Counted from the first letter of the whole stretch, positions 11,824 through 23,249 are shown. The stretch is DNA of 61,546 bases, filler included, from Nemertoderma westbladi (GCA_032718475.1; 3 parts of 3 records of this genome joined end to end with filler, not necessarily neighbours in it), one strand, 5' to 3'. The notes: generated by a model from the letters alone, not told the origin. Translations and numbers: made by a program.

Positions 11824-11924
11824 CAACTGTGAGAGAGGAATTGGAATTTCACCGTTTTCCTACCGGTACCATAATAATACTGTAATAATAAAATACTACA
11901 ATTTATAAATAATTTCTGCAATAT

Positions 11925-13991
11925 ATGCAGGACTATTGGCCAACTACACTAATGGCCAGCTTACCGGAGACACCCAACCATGACACCTCATCCGATTACA
12001 CGCCTAAACAACCGGAGCGCCCGTTAGAATACGAACTCTGGTCGATACCAGACCTTAAAGCAGAACTTCTATCCCTGAACAAGTTAACAAATGGAACTAA
12101 AGCTGAGCTAATTTTAAGGCTCAAACAGGGGTCACGCAACCGCACTAGGACCCCTAACCGAGAGAAACCGCGGCTATTAGCGGCTCCTTACCCAGCAACC
12201 GAAGGCAGGCCCATCGATTCGATAACCCTCGCGTCCGATACCGGTACTACTGGTGGGCTTATCCGGTCATCAGATAAATCCACCGGAAAGCGTACTGGAC
12301 TGGGACGAACTCCAAAAAAATCCGCAGAAACATACCCCACAGATGTAAATATGACAGAGAACCCAGTAATGCCCTTCCAGGGCAACGACATCCCAATCCC
12401 AACCAACACCATCATTAGCCGCAACCCTAACTTGGACGATACTGTTTATTGGGACCCGGAGATTGTTGGAAACATCTCCACTGGAGACGGTACCGGTAAT
12501 ATGGCAACGACCACGATGGATGAAACTACGGTGTTTCGTCGCGGCATAGATAAATCCCACTGTAATACGATCGGGATGCTGCATCAACAAGTAACGGAGC
12601 TTTTAGCACGGACTAACACGCTGGAGACTCAACTGCACCAAATGCACACAAATCGAATAAACGACAACAAACATTATACAAAACAGATCGCTGAACTCGA
12701 AACCGTGATATCGGAACTTAAACATAGGCTTACCGGTGGTAGTTCGGTTGCCGACCACAGTGACCCTATTATAGAGTTACCACTACCCACTGCCACCCTA
12801 AATTCTAATCATCTCGTACAAGATTGTGGAACCCAAGTACAAGATACAGATATCATATCGAAGGATGATACAGTTGGTAATATCAATGTTTATCAACTCC
12901 CGGATGAAGCACATGGAGGTGAAACTTCGTCCAGGGATCGGGATCATCCACAAACCGTAGACAAGGAACATCAATTTACGCTTATCGAGAATAATAAATT
13001 AACTAAAGTCCAAAACCTCCTGTTTATGGACAGCAACCGCGCCAACTTGGTCTCAGCACAGTTGAAAATGGGGACTCGAATGGTACCGACATCAACTTCC
13101 ATATCGTTACTTCGGAATGTAAAGACAGCAGCAACACAGTTTCCGAACGTATCAACCATCTTCATTATGGTTGGAACAAATGATACTACCGGTCGAGATA
13201 CGAACGAAGACATAAACTTAATATTGCATAACTATACGGAGGCCATTAACCTTGCTATGAAGACTTGGCCTGGATGCAGAATTACTATCTCGGAATTATT
13301 GGTACGCAAAGATTACCCAGTTAGTAATATAAACTTTCGCATCCATAAACTCGCTAAACAACTTGGTGTGACCATTGCCTCTTTTAGTCATATCACTCAT
13401 GCGCACTTAAGGGATAATAAACACGTCCACACGAAGCATACCGGTTTACTGGCGCGGACGATAAAAAGACACCTATTTAACACCCAGGAGAATCACAATC
13501 CTTTGGGTTCTCAACCGCGTAATAATCGGTCGCCGACAAACATATCCATGCGATTTACCCAACCGATTAATGCAACGAACCCTCAACTCCCAACAGAGGG
13601 AGTTACGCATCGCGGTATAGCGACACTTCCACCACAACACTACTACGCAATCAAACCACGGGATTATAGCGCTGTGGCTACCCCGCAGTCGAATAATACA
13701 GGAATTGTGCCGACAAACCAATCCACAACACTGGATCGAACAACACTTCTTCCTCGCCCCTACCAATCCCCACCCAGTGCTGCGTCCTTTAATGTGGACC
13801 CCCCTGGTACACAGACGAGCAGGTCCTATGGAACGGATCCATCCGTACCATATGCAGGGGCAGCCCCATATTATTATCCTACAAACGCACCACATAACGG
13901 GCAATTTCGGGACAGTAGGAACCACGTAATGTCGGCAGTTAGCAACCTTCTTTTCTGCCTTGGTCAACAAATAGAACCTCAGCAGTATTAA
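11925..13991 (+). CDS. LINE ORF1p: SAP domain, coiled coil and SGNH/GDSL esterase-like domain
   Basis: SIPDLKAELLSLNKLTNGTKAELILRL (SAP pattern); LLFMDS, IMVGTND and RDNKH (esterase blocks); intact 688-aa ORF. Confidence 0.85.
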   Translation: MQDYWPTTLMASLPETPNHDTSSDYTPKQPERPLEYELWSIPDLKAELLSLNKLTNGTKAELILRLKQGSRNRTRTPNREKPRLLAAPYPATEGRPIDSITLASDTGTTGGLIRSSDKSTGKRTGLGRTPKKSAETYPTDVNMTENPVMPFQGNDIPIPTNTIISRNPNLDDTVYWDPEIVGNISTGDGTGNMATTTMDETTVFRRGIDKSHCNTIGMLHQQVTELLARTNTLETQLHQMHTNRINDNKHYTKQIAELETVISELKHRLTGGSSVADHSDPIIELPLPTATLNSNHLVQDCGTQVQDTDIISKDDTVGNINVYQLPDEAHGGETSSRDRDHPQTVDKEHQFTLIENNKLTKVQNLLFMDSNRANLVSAQLKMGTRMVPTSTSISLLRNVKTAATQFPNVSTIFIMVGTNDTTGRDTNEDINLILHNYTEAINLAMKTWPGCRITISELLVRKDYPVSNINFRIHKLAKQLGVTIASFSHITHAHLRDNKHVHTKHTGLLARTIKRHLFNTQENHNPLGSQPRNNRSPTNISMRFTQPINATNPQLPTEGVTHRGIATLPPQHYYAIKPRDYSAVATPQSNNTGIVPTNQSTTLDRTTLLPRPYQSPPSAASFNVDPPGTQTSRSYGTDPSVPYAGAAPYYYPTNAPHNGQFRDSRNHVMSAVSNLLFCLGQQIEPQQY

Positions 13992-14103
13992 TTTCTTCAT
14001 GCAAGCTTAACTTTTACCATATTGTTTATCATTATATACCCGAAATTGCTTTAAATTCAATTTTCTAATTTTTTTAGATATAATAACTACAATCCATTTA
14101 TTT

Positions 14104-16593
14104 TTGGAAGTCCATATAATTGCATCTACAAGTTTAATTTTACATACCGTAACAATTTTTACGCAAATAGCGATAGCCTCAAACCTTTATTGGCTAACAC
14201 TTTCGCGCAATAGGGATATACCATGGCAGAATCCAAGCCAATGGATAGCAGTGTTATTTTCAGTTACAATTAATATAATTTATCTAAAGTGCTGTACTGG
14301 CGCATACATAATAAATGGAGTTTTTCATAACCTCGATGTTTTTATAGCTGCTGCTATATTTTACTCACTAATAAATTTATTATCTTACTATATACAGAAA
14401 ATATATTTAATAGTTTTAATTTTGTGCATTTATGTTATATATATATGTAGGGCGGCAGCCAGAAGGGTAGAGTACCAGTCCCTCGCAGCCTTGGTATGGT
14501 CGATCCTTTTTATCAACACCCGATATGCTAGTTTTGCTAATCTTTGTGCAATTATTGTGTTCAACTACACTATGATCCAAACTTCCCAGAATATATATGC
14601 AAATATGTACAAAATATGTGTGCTCATACGCTTTAATTATAATGGCCCTACCAGGAGCAAACAGCACGGGGGTGTCCCCCATATCAAACCCAATCGCACT
14701 ACGTTTTTTAAAAAGAAAATTCATCTACGTTTGTATGGAACTTTTTCTTTAACTTGTTCATTATTACAATTACTATCAGCCTTATCCCGCACTAATGTAA
14801 CGTATATGATTCCAGTTGGGTTGGTATTTTTAACACTTAATATACTCTCAATTATTTTAAGCTATTCTTTATTAATACATACAAAAATAAAGTATAAAAA
14901 TAATCACAAAGCTAAAACCCACTGCTCAAAACTAATAATATTAACTATAGCTATGCTACCATGGCAACCGGCCATAACAATAACAATAATTACTAACAAT
15001 TATTTCCCCACTTATCTATCTAATAGAAAAATAAATCGCGCCCTAAATGAATTAAATTACAAACAATTAATTATATTTTTTATCAAATTAATATGGCACT
15101 GTTTTCATATTTATATGATATCTGGTATTGACCTCTTAATCTCTGCTTTAATTATTTCTGAACTTCTATATCGAGCAGGAGACATTGAACTTAATCCAGG
15201 GCCTAGTGGGAAAAACAATCCCCATCAAATTAAAAACGTACAAACATCAGTTGACCTTAGGAAATACTTACTACAAAATAATAAAGAACTAAAATTCCTC
15301 CACATCAATAGTTCCAGCCTAGTAAAGCACTACACCGAATTAAAATATGTCTTACACGGTATTGATAGCAATATTATAATTGGAATAACAGAATCATGGT
15401 TAAAAAGCAAAATATCTACAAGATCCATAAAATTACCAGGATTCACTCCTTACAGGGATGATAGGAAACGGCGCACAGGGGGTGGTGTAGTACTGTACAT
15501 ACCAAACTCATTACCACACAAATTACGAACTGATATCAAACCTAATCGCAAACAAAATCAATATGAATCAATATGGGTGGAAGTAAATGCGGAAGTTCTA
15601 TTTGGAGTTGTTTACAACAACTTAAAGAAGAATGCACCGACATTTATTTCTAACTTTTCACAAGAAGTCGAAAATGCAGTTAGCAATGCAAACTTAAAAA
15701 CGGTAATAATGGGTGATTTAAATATAGATCTAATCAACGGTGACTCAAATACTGATAAACTTGAAGAAATGATTAAATTATATAACCTTGACATCACTGA
15801 CAGATCTAAGCCTACACGTTACAGTACCACACCTAGCCTTATAGACATATTTATAACGACACCTAATTACTTAAGAGACCATCAGACAATGAGCTGCGAC
15901 TTCTCCGACCATGAATTTATAATCGCAAAAGCAAACACAATTAAAGCACCTACACAGCCAAATAATATATGGACATACAGCAGGGATTTCAAGAAATTCA
16001 ATGAAAAGCACTTTCAACATGATATATGTAGCTTAAATTGGGCGGATATATACAACAACACTAGTATTGACACTAAGTACAATTATTTCGAAGAACAACT
16101 AGAATATGTAATAAACAAACACGCACCAATGCAACGAAAATTAACATCAAGCATTGATAGGAAAATTAATAATAAAAAAAGTGAAAAACTACAGGGAATA
16201 AAAGAACAAAAACTAATCAAGTGGCGAAACTCAAAAATCAAGAAGGACTTCAACATATTTAAGAAAGCCCGTAATGAATTTAATACACTAAATAGAACAC
16301 TTAAAAACAATTATATCAAAGCTAAATTTAAGCAGACTGATACAAGTAAAAATAAATGGACAATCATAAATAAAATTATAAATAAAGATAAAAAAACATG
16401 CACTATTACTGAGCTTTACGACAATCATAAAATACGCACAAACAATAAAAAACGTATTGCAACAATATTTAATGCCGCTTATATAGCAATGGGCACATTC
16501 ACAGGGACAAGCAGCACGGCTAACAGATTACATTCATATCTCAATATCCCCGACAGCCAATCTAAGCACTGCAGAGACTTAAGGTTTCACTAA
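14104..16593 (+). CDS. LINE ORF2, 5' part: hydrophobic leader, 2A-like motif, APE endonuclease
   Basis: GDIELNPGP at 15178-15204, then HIN, GITESW, GGGV, MGDLN, SLID and SDH endonuclease motifs; ends at a frameshift; start codon uncertain (TTG at 14104, first ATG ~14572). Confidence 0.85.
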   Translation: MEVHIIASTSLILHTVTIFTQIAIASNLYWLTLSRNRDIPWQNPSQWIAVLFSVTINIIYLKCCTGAYIINGVFHNLDVFIAAAIFYSLINLLSYYIQKIYLIVLILCIYVIYICRAAARRVEYQSLAALVWSILFINTRYASFANLCAIIVFNYTMIQTSQNIYANMYKICVLIRFNYNGPTRSKQHGGVPHIKPNRTTFFKKKIHLRLYGTFSLTCSLLQLLSALSRTNVTYMIPVGLVFLTLNILSIILSYSLLIHTKIKYKNNHKAKTHCSKLIILTIAMLPWQPAITITIITNNYFPTYLSNRKINRALNELNYKQLIIFFIKLIWHCFHIYMISGIDLLISALIISELLYRAGDIELNPGPSGKNNPHQIKNVQTSVDLRKYLLQNNKELKFLHINSSSLVKHYTELKYVLHGIDSNIIIGITESWLKSKISTRSIKLPGFTPYRDDRKRRTGGGVVLYIPNSLPHKLRTDIKPNRKQNQYESIWVEVNAEVLFGVVYNNLKKNAPTFISNFSQEVENAVSNANLKTVIMGDLNIDLINGDSNTDKLEEMIKLYNLDITDRSKPTRYSTTPSLIDIFITTPNYLRDHQTMSCDFSDHEFIIAKANTIKAPTQPNNIWTYSRDFKKFNEKHFQHDICSLNWADIYNNTSIDTKYNYFEEQLEYVINKHAPMQRKLTSSIDRKINNKKSEKLQGIKEQKLIKWRNSKIKKDFNIFKKARNEFNTLNRTLKNNYIKAKFKQTDTSKNKWTIINKIINKDKKTCTITELYDNHKIRTNNKKRIATIFNAAYIAMGTFTGTSSTANRLHSYLNIPDSQSKHCRDLRFH

Positions 16594-18178
16594 TATCACT
16601 GAACTTAACATACACGACATATTAAATAAAATAAACTCTAACAAATCACCTGGCCCTTCACCCATATCTCCAAAAATAATTAAACTTATCTCCCCGTACA
16701 TCATTAAACCACTAACCTACTTAATAAATGAATCTATCACCCGTTCAACATTTCCAATGAAACTAAAATATGCTGAAATAACACCTGTTTTTAAAAAAGG
16801 CGATCCCCTGGAAGCTGATAACTATAGACCAATTTCAATTACATCAGTCCTGGAAAAAATATTTGAGAAAGTATTATACATACAAATCACGCAATACCTA
16901 GTAAACAATAAATTAATTAACAGTAAACAATTCGGTTTCAGAAAATCATTCTCCACACGGGATGCTATAATCTATGGAACTGAAACATGGAGGAGTTACC
17001 TAAATGAAGATAACTACGTAGCCATAGGCGCACTTGATCTCAGCAAGGCCTTCAATTCTCTCAATCACAAGATTCTCCTGGAAAAACTAAAAGAACTAGG
17101 TTTTCACAATACTGCCATCACAATGGTACAAAGTTTCGTAGTAAATAGGTTTCAAAGAGTAAAAATAAAGGGAGTCTGTTCTGATTGGGGAAAAATAGAT
17201 CATGGTATTCCACAGGGTACATTACTAGGGCCAATTCTATTCTTAATCTATGTAAACTCACTAACAAATAAAACCGATCTCCAACTAATACAATATGCTG
17301 ACGATACACTTGTTTACTGTTACGATAAAAATCCTGAAGCAGCTGCAACTAAACTATCGAAACATATCCATGAACTTTATAACATATTCGCTCTCCTACA
17401 TCTCCAACTGAACAATGATAAAACTGAATTTATGCTTCTTTCCCCTAACTCTAGAACAGATCATATTGCAAATATAGAATTAGATATATCTAAACCGAAT
17501 GGTACCAAACAAACAATCATACCACAATCGAGTTACATTAAATACTTAGGAATTTTTATAGACAACAAACTACAATGGCGTAAACATATCGATACTATAT
17601 CAACCAAAATGACTCATGCAATTTCGGTACTACGACAAGTAAAGGGTCAGTTATCAGTAAAAACAAAATTATATATCTACAAGACTACAGTACTACCACA
17701 TCATACATATTGCTGTGAAATACTTGTAGCATTACATAATATACATGGTTTTAAAACACTTATAAACGATTTAGAAAAAATTCAGAACTATGGCCTACGT
17801 GTTGTCTACAGTAAAAAAATACGCGATTTAACAGGTACAGAATTGAGAACTTTGTCTAAGCAACCAACTCTATTCGCATTCCGAGAGTATATGGCTATGA
17901 AATTCTTTTTCAAATATCTATTCCAGATTAGCAAACCATTTCAAGAGCAACCTTTGCCATTCATTCTAAATAACACTACACAACTGAATAAACGTACTAA
18001 TAAAATAAAACTTCCCAAAACTAATAATAATGTAGCCTATAACAGCTTCATCCTAAATTGTGCTCGCTTGTGGAATAAACTTGATCGCAACTTCAGCGAA
18101 AAAAGAAATTTTAACGCATTTAACGCAGCCATTAAGCAACTCTACTACACTTCTTTTGAAAGAGATAGTATCACATAA
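16586..18178 (+). CDS. LINE ORF2, 3' part: reverse transcriptase, continuing after one frameshift near 16560-16590
   Basis: KSPGP, NYRPIS, QFGFR, LDLSKAFN, GIPQGTLLGP, YADD, KYLGI; the frame is open upstream of the listed ATG at 16757. Confidence 0.9.
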   Translation, partial: FTNITELNIHDILNKINSNKSPGPSPISPKIIKLISPYIIKPLTYLINESITRSTFPMKLKYAEITPVFKKGDPLEADNYRPISITSVLEKIFEKVLYIQITQYLVNNKLINSKQFGFRKSFSTRDAIIYGTETWRSYLNEDNYVAIGALDLSKAFNSLNHKILLEKLKELGFHNTAITMVQSFVVNRFQRVKIKGVCSDWGKIDHGIPQGTLLGPILFLIYVNSLTNKTDLQLIQYADDTLVYCYDKNPEAAATKLSKHIHELYNIFALLHLQLNNDKTEFMLLSPNSRTDHIANIELDISKPNGTKQTIIPQSSYIKYLGIFIDNKLQWRKHIDTISTKMTHAISVLRQVKGQLSVKTKLYIYKTTVLPHHTYCCEILVALHNIHGFKTLINDLEKIQNYGLRVVYSKKIRDLTGTELRTLSKQPTLFAFREYMAMKFFFKYLFQISKPFQEQPLPFILNNTTQLNKRTNKIKLPKTNNNVAYNSFILNCARLWNKLDRNFSEKRNFNAFNAAIKQLYYTSFERDSIT

Positions 18179-18488
18179 ACTTACCCCCCCCCCCCCCCCT
18201 CCCCCCTCCCCCACCCACCCACCCACCCACCCCCAAACTGCTTGCTCCTGTAAGGGAATACTGTATTTCTGTATTGATTATTGTGCTCTATTTCTTAGGT
18301 AATTTTTTTGTATACATAGGTCTACAGTAAGTACGATTATGCAGTAGAACTAGCATAAGGTAGTTGACGCTTATTCTCTACCAATTAACAGCTGTGTCTG
18401 GACTCTCCCGACTGAGCTGCCTCCATTTTTATTATTTTATAAAAGGGAGTTTAAGAGAATAAAAGATAAATAATAATAATAATAATAA

Positions 18489-21030
18489 AGAATTCATGGA
18501 AGCCATAGAGGACAAACAACCTGAAGTAAAATTGGATAAACCAATGACAGCGAAAGAGCTGATTATGGTGGATAAAAGAGTAGAATCACAGCAGAAAGCT
18601 CTAGGGATCGTATGGAATCGGGAGACAGACGAGTTGGAAAACCAGCTAAGTCAGGAGGGTGCTGGGTTCCATACAAAGATGTCATACATAGTGAAGATCT
18701 ACGATCCGCTAGGACTAGCATCTCCTTTACTAGTTACGGGGAAGCAAATACTCAAGAAGGTTTACAAGATTTAGGATGATTTGAACGTGGAGGTTCCGAT
18801 AGAATTAAGTAAACAATGGGAAAAATGGACGGTGAGCTTATAAGATATGGTATGATATGGTACTTATAGTATGCCATGGGTATACTTCCCGGATGGAGAC
18901 GTGAGTGATTTAGAACTACATATTTTCTCCGATGAATCCCTGGAAGCATTTGGTGCGGTGCTTTATTTGGTACAGCGAAAGGAGAGTCATAAGCCCAGAC
19001 TAGCGTTTAGTAAAGCGAGGTCAACACCACCAAATTCAGCATCAGTACAGAAACTTGAACTTTAACAGCTGCGAGGTTGGGAGCGAGAGCGACAGCATAA
19101 TTGGTGGATACGATACCAAGTATAGTGGAAACACACTATTGGATGGATTCCATGGTGGTATTAGGATGGCTGCAAAATGAGAAGATGCGCTATCCCATAT
19201 TCATGATGAACTGAGTGGATGAGATAAGAGCAATGACGGACCTGCCCAACTGATGACAATCCGGCGGACTTGCTATCGAGAGGCATACAACACCATGCTT
19301 TCTCGGGAAAGCAAGAGTTATGGCAGCATGGTCCACACTTCCTCAATGATAGGTCGAAGTGGCCACCAATGAGGAAGGTAGATCCAAAGGGAGAGGAAGT
19401 AATAGTGGAGGATGAGGGAAACGAATCGGAGGGAGAAGATATATTCAGCCAGTTAGCGAGGGAGATTAAGGAAATGCCATCACAATCTAAGACGATAGAA
19501 TCAAACGATAATCCAAAGGATAGGTTACGCAGTTACACCTCTAGCTGGTATAAGACTAAGAAGCTAGTGGCATATATCTGAGAGCTTACGGAGAATTCCT
19601 TAGGGGAGCTGGTACGTTGGGAAATCCAAACCTACCATTGATCTTGAAGGAGCTGCCAAAGTCGTAATATGATACAAGCAAGGTAAGGCATTCAGAGACA
19701 AAACTAAACATATTAAGAACCAACAACGTCTTCGACAAGACAGCAGGATCCACACACTGTCGCCGCAACTGGATGAGGATGGAATCCTGGTAATGAATTA
19801 CAGAGTGGCCAATAACACCAATGCCTTGGTTCCACCGAAACCAGTAATAATTCCTAACAAGTTACCAATAGTTCACCAGATTATATGGGACGCCCATAAG
19901 ACCATACATAATTCATGGTGGTACTAATGCGACCTTAAACGAGATCCGGAGGAAGTACTAGGTAACTCAACTTAGAAAGATGGTAAAGGCGGTAGTGAGG
20001 CAGTGCCAGACATGTCAGCGGATGAATAAGGAGAGGGCCATATAGGAAATGGCACCATTGTCAACCACTAGAGTGAGACATCATGATCCGCCGTTTAGAC
20101 ATAGTGGTGTGGACATGTTTGGGCTGATAAAGATCAAGGTGATGCGGCATACCGAGAAACGCTATGGTATAATCTTCGAATGCAAAAACACGAGGGCCGT
20201 GGCGATAGAGTTGTCACAGGATGCAACAGCGTTGGCATTTATTAATGCACTTGAACAATTCGTGACCCATCAAGGAGGAACAGTTGAAGTGCTTTATTCC
20301 AATAATGGCACAAATTTCATTGGAGCGGAGAATGAGTTGGTGGAGGCCTTCGATATTTTGGAGGGAGAAGATGTTAAAGGGGCAATCAGGAGGCACCTGA
20401 TTAGATGGCAAAGGGGGACACCATACGCACCACATACACTGGGTTGCGTAGAATATCTAGTCGGAAGCTCGAAACAGCTAATGACGAAGCTCCTGAATAA
20501 TCATATGGTGACAGAGTGTATGAAGATGGATGTATTCAGGATGTATTGAGAATGGTGCTGGCAAAGTGTGAGGGGATAATCAACAGCTGACCGCTGTATC
20601 CCGAGAATGATGATCCAGAGATGCTGGGTGTTCTGACACCAGTACATATTTTGATGGAGAGGCCAGCAAAGATAGATATGCGAAATATCGACACAGATGT
20701 TATAAACTACCAACAGAGCTGGAAGGTAGCTAAGGCGAAAGGAGCAGAGTATTGGAAAAGGTGGATTCAAGAGTACCTATCAACGATGTACAAAAGAAGC
20801 AAGTGGAGAAATAATCAGAGGAATATAATCAGAGGATTTAATAATTGTGACATGATATGATCATCAACAATCACTGGAGGCTGGCCAGGGTAGTTCAATG
20901 TTACTCTGGTGGCGACGGAAAGATTAGATCCGTGGAGGTCAGGATCGGAGGAAAGATTGGGGCAAAGGATAGGAAGACCTACAGGAGGGCAGTAGGAAAG
21001 TCCATAAATTGTCCAATCGTCCAATAAATT
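18489..21030 (+). pseudogene. Element A RT end, RNase H and integrase, disrupted
   Basis: KALGIVW, IYDPLG, LHIFSD, NPADLLSRG, HGG..ATL..IRRKY, CQTC, GVDMFG, NGTNFIG, WKRWIQEYL, DGKIRSVEV. Confidence 0.88.
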
Positions 21031-21114
21031 GAACTGAGGAGTGGGAATGAGGGTGAAACCCCTTCCCACACAAATGAAGCATAAAAATAATAAAATAAAA
21101 ATATAATTATGTAC

Positions 21115-21790
21115 GTACATCCGATGAGTACAAACATACTAACGTATATACATACATCAGATGAGTACACCTGTACTAAGGTACATACTATTTAGGTTTA
21201 GAGGAACATTACGTATGTCTGATGGGTACAAACGTACTAACGTACATGCATACGTCTAATGGGTACACCTGTACTAACATACATACTATTTAGGTTTAGA
21301 GGAACATTACATACGTCCGATGATGGGTACAAATGTACTAACGTACATACATACGTCTGATGAGGTCACCTGTACTAACGTACATATTATTTAGGTTTAG
21401 ATGAACATTACATACATCCGATAATTACAAACGTAGTAACATACATAGAAGGTACATCCAATGAGTACACCTGTACTAACATATATAATATATAGGAATA
21501 GATGGACATAATTACATACGCTCAATGAGTACAACCGTACTGACATACACACGTACGTCTGATGAGTACACATGTACTAATGTACATAATTACATAAGCA
21601 CTAATGCCAGGTCAATGGGACCAATAGTAGTACATAATACATACTATATTTAGGATTAGATGAGTACACATTACGTACGTCTGATGAGCACTAAGTGCTA
21701 ACGTACATAATATGCACTAACGCCGGGTCAATGGGACCATATATGCAATAAGGCCGGGTCAATGGGACCAATAATAGTACATAATATGTA
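21115..21790 (+). repeat. Composite GTAC-rich tandem repeats (~98-bp unit) in the post-integrase region of element A
   Basis: ATGAGTACACCTGTACTAA..TATTTAGGTTTAGA recurs at about 98-bp spacing; GGTCAATGGGACCA occurs three times. Confidence 0.75.
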
Positions 21791-22334
21791 CTATAGTGGG
21801 CACTGAGGGCGCCACGTGACGAGTTGAGCGGGATATGTAGGCGTGGTAGGATAGATAGTGTAGGCCGCACAAATTAGACTACTACTGTATAGCGCATAGC
21901 CCAGAGTGCAGACTTAGAGTATTGTTACAGACCCAGAAAGCTGTCTGGTGGAAAGTTAGCATAACAATAAGAAAATTGTACTGTAGCTAGTAAACATACA
22001 ATGAGTAGTGATGAATTACTTATGAAGTAATTAACTGATGAGGTGCTACTTAATAAGTAGCAAAGATGTATAGGTAAATAATTACAGCAAGGTGAAGAAA
22101 TCGTATTAACTGAAAATTAAAAATTCTAGAAACATAATAAAAAGTAATGGACAAAATTGCGAAAGTAGGAAAAAATTGATACGTAAGTCAAAAATTAATT
22201 GTAAAAAGGGAGATAAAAGTAGATAAAAGGTAAGCCATCGCTGATTTAATGCTGATTGAAACTGAAATTAGTTATCTCTTGCCCTACTGAGCCTTTGCAA
22301 TGCACCACCAGTTCGGTGAGAGAGAGAAATCGGG

Positions 22335-23249
22335 ATGGCGGAGAAGTTAGTCAAGATGTGGAAGTCGGAAAAGAGTGAGAGTGAGCTATTAGTCGATTTC
22401 ATGCGGAGACATCTGGAGAATAAGACGAGGAAGTATTACAATCGACTCCCTAAGAGTCAGAAAGCATACGTGTTACAAGATCAGTACCGAGGTATGCACG
22501 AACACGATTAGTTCGAACCTACGGAACACCGTCATTGGATGATGCGATTGACAAACATCTTTGTTATGTCATAAAGGGGGAGGAGAATTCCTTTGGGATT
22601 CCAAGGTATGCGAGGGAACCAGCTATGAAGGAATGGACGAAGTTTGTCGAATCGGTAGATGGTTTACATGGTTTTGGGTGACGAGGGTACTGTAGAGGAT
22701 GACGACGAGATGAGTATGGGGTCCAAGGGGTTGGGTAGAACTATATTGCTGCATCTAGCGGCACCGAACGGAGATATTTTTCTGTTCGACCCGGTGACCT
22801 ACGGGAAAAAAGATGGACCAAAGCTGAACCGTTTACCGGATGCGGTGCAGATGCTGGTGAGAATGAAGACTATGATAAAGATTGGATCAGTGATACGCGA
22901 GGAAACGGAGAGTATTAATGAACCAAACACCCTGCGTCTTCTGGATATACAGGTAGTCTATATGGATATGACGAAACCAGATGGATTAGGACTGGTGAAT
23001 AACACGGAACAATACGGAGCCGTGGCAATGGGCCAGCTTATGGGACTCATATGCCATAAGCCGAAGGAGTGGAAGAAGTTCCGAGAGGAGTACAGAGCGG
23101 AACTGACAGAATCACTCGGCGCGAGGCCAGATGGAGAGGAGTTGTATCATTTCCAAAAGGGGACAATTAAGACATACCCGAAGAGGTATATCTTGCAGGA
23201 AGACTGGATAATGATTGGGTTAGTGAACTTGTTCATGACGGTGATGTAG
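22335..23249 (+). pseudogene. Extra 3' ORF of element A: DEDDy (WRN/EXD/RNase D-like) 3'-5' exonuclease-like, disrupted
   Basis: VLGDEG, LLHLAAPNGDIFLFD, LPDAVQMLV..IKIG..IREE, LLDIQVVY and YILQED follow the motif order of the family; the ATG context at 22335 is conserved in element B. Confidence 0.55.

Larger units (their letters stand above)
11824..18488 (+). mobile_element. Full-length CR1/L2-group LINE, about 6.67 kb, inserted in the RT of element A
   Basis: ORF1, ORF2, 3' UTR with AATAAA and a (TAA)n tail; removing it restores the BEL frame FQSNS-K-EFMEAI across a duplicated TAA. Confidence 0.92.

Noticed and set aside
14104-15177. Hydrophobic leader as a separate host gene or mitochondrial insertion
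   Set aside because: It is in frame with the 2A motif and endonuclease, lies inside the LINE boundaries, and shows no recognisable mitochondrial protein motifs.
16560-16600. Programmed frameshift in LINE ORF2
   Set aside because: There is no slippery heptamer, and EN-RT is normally one frame; an indel or sequencing error is simpler.
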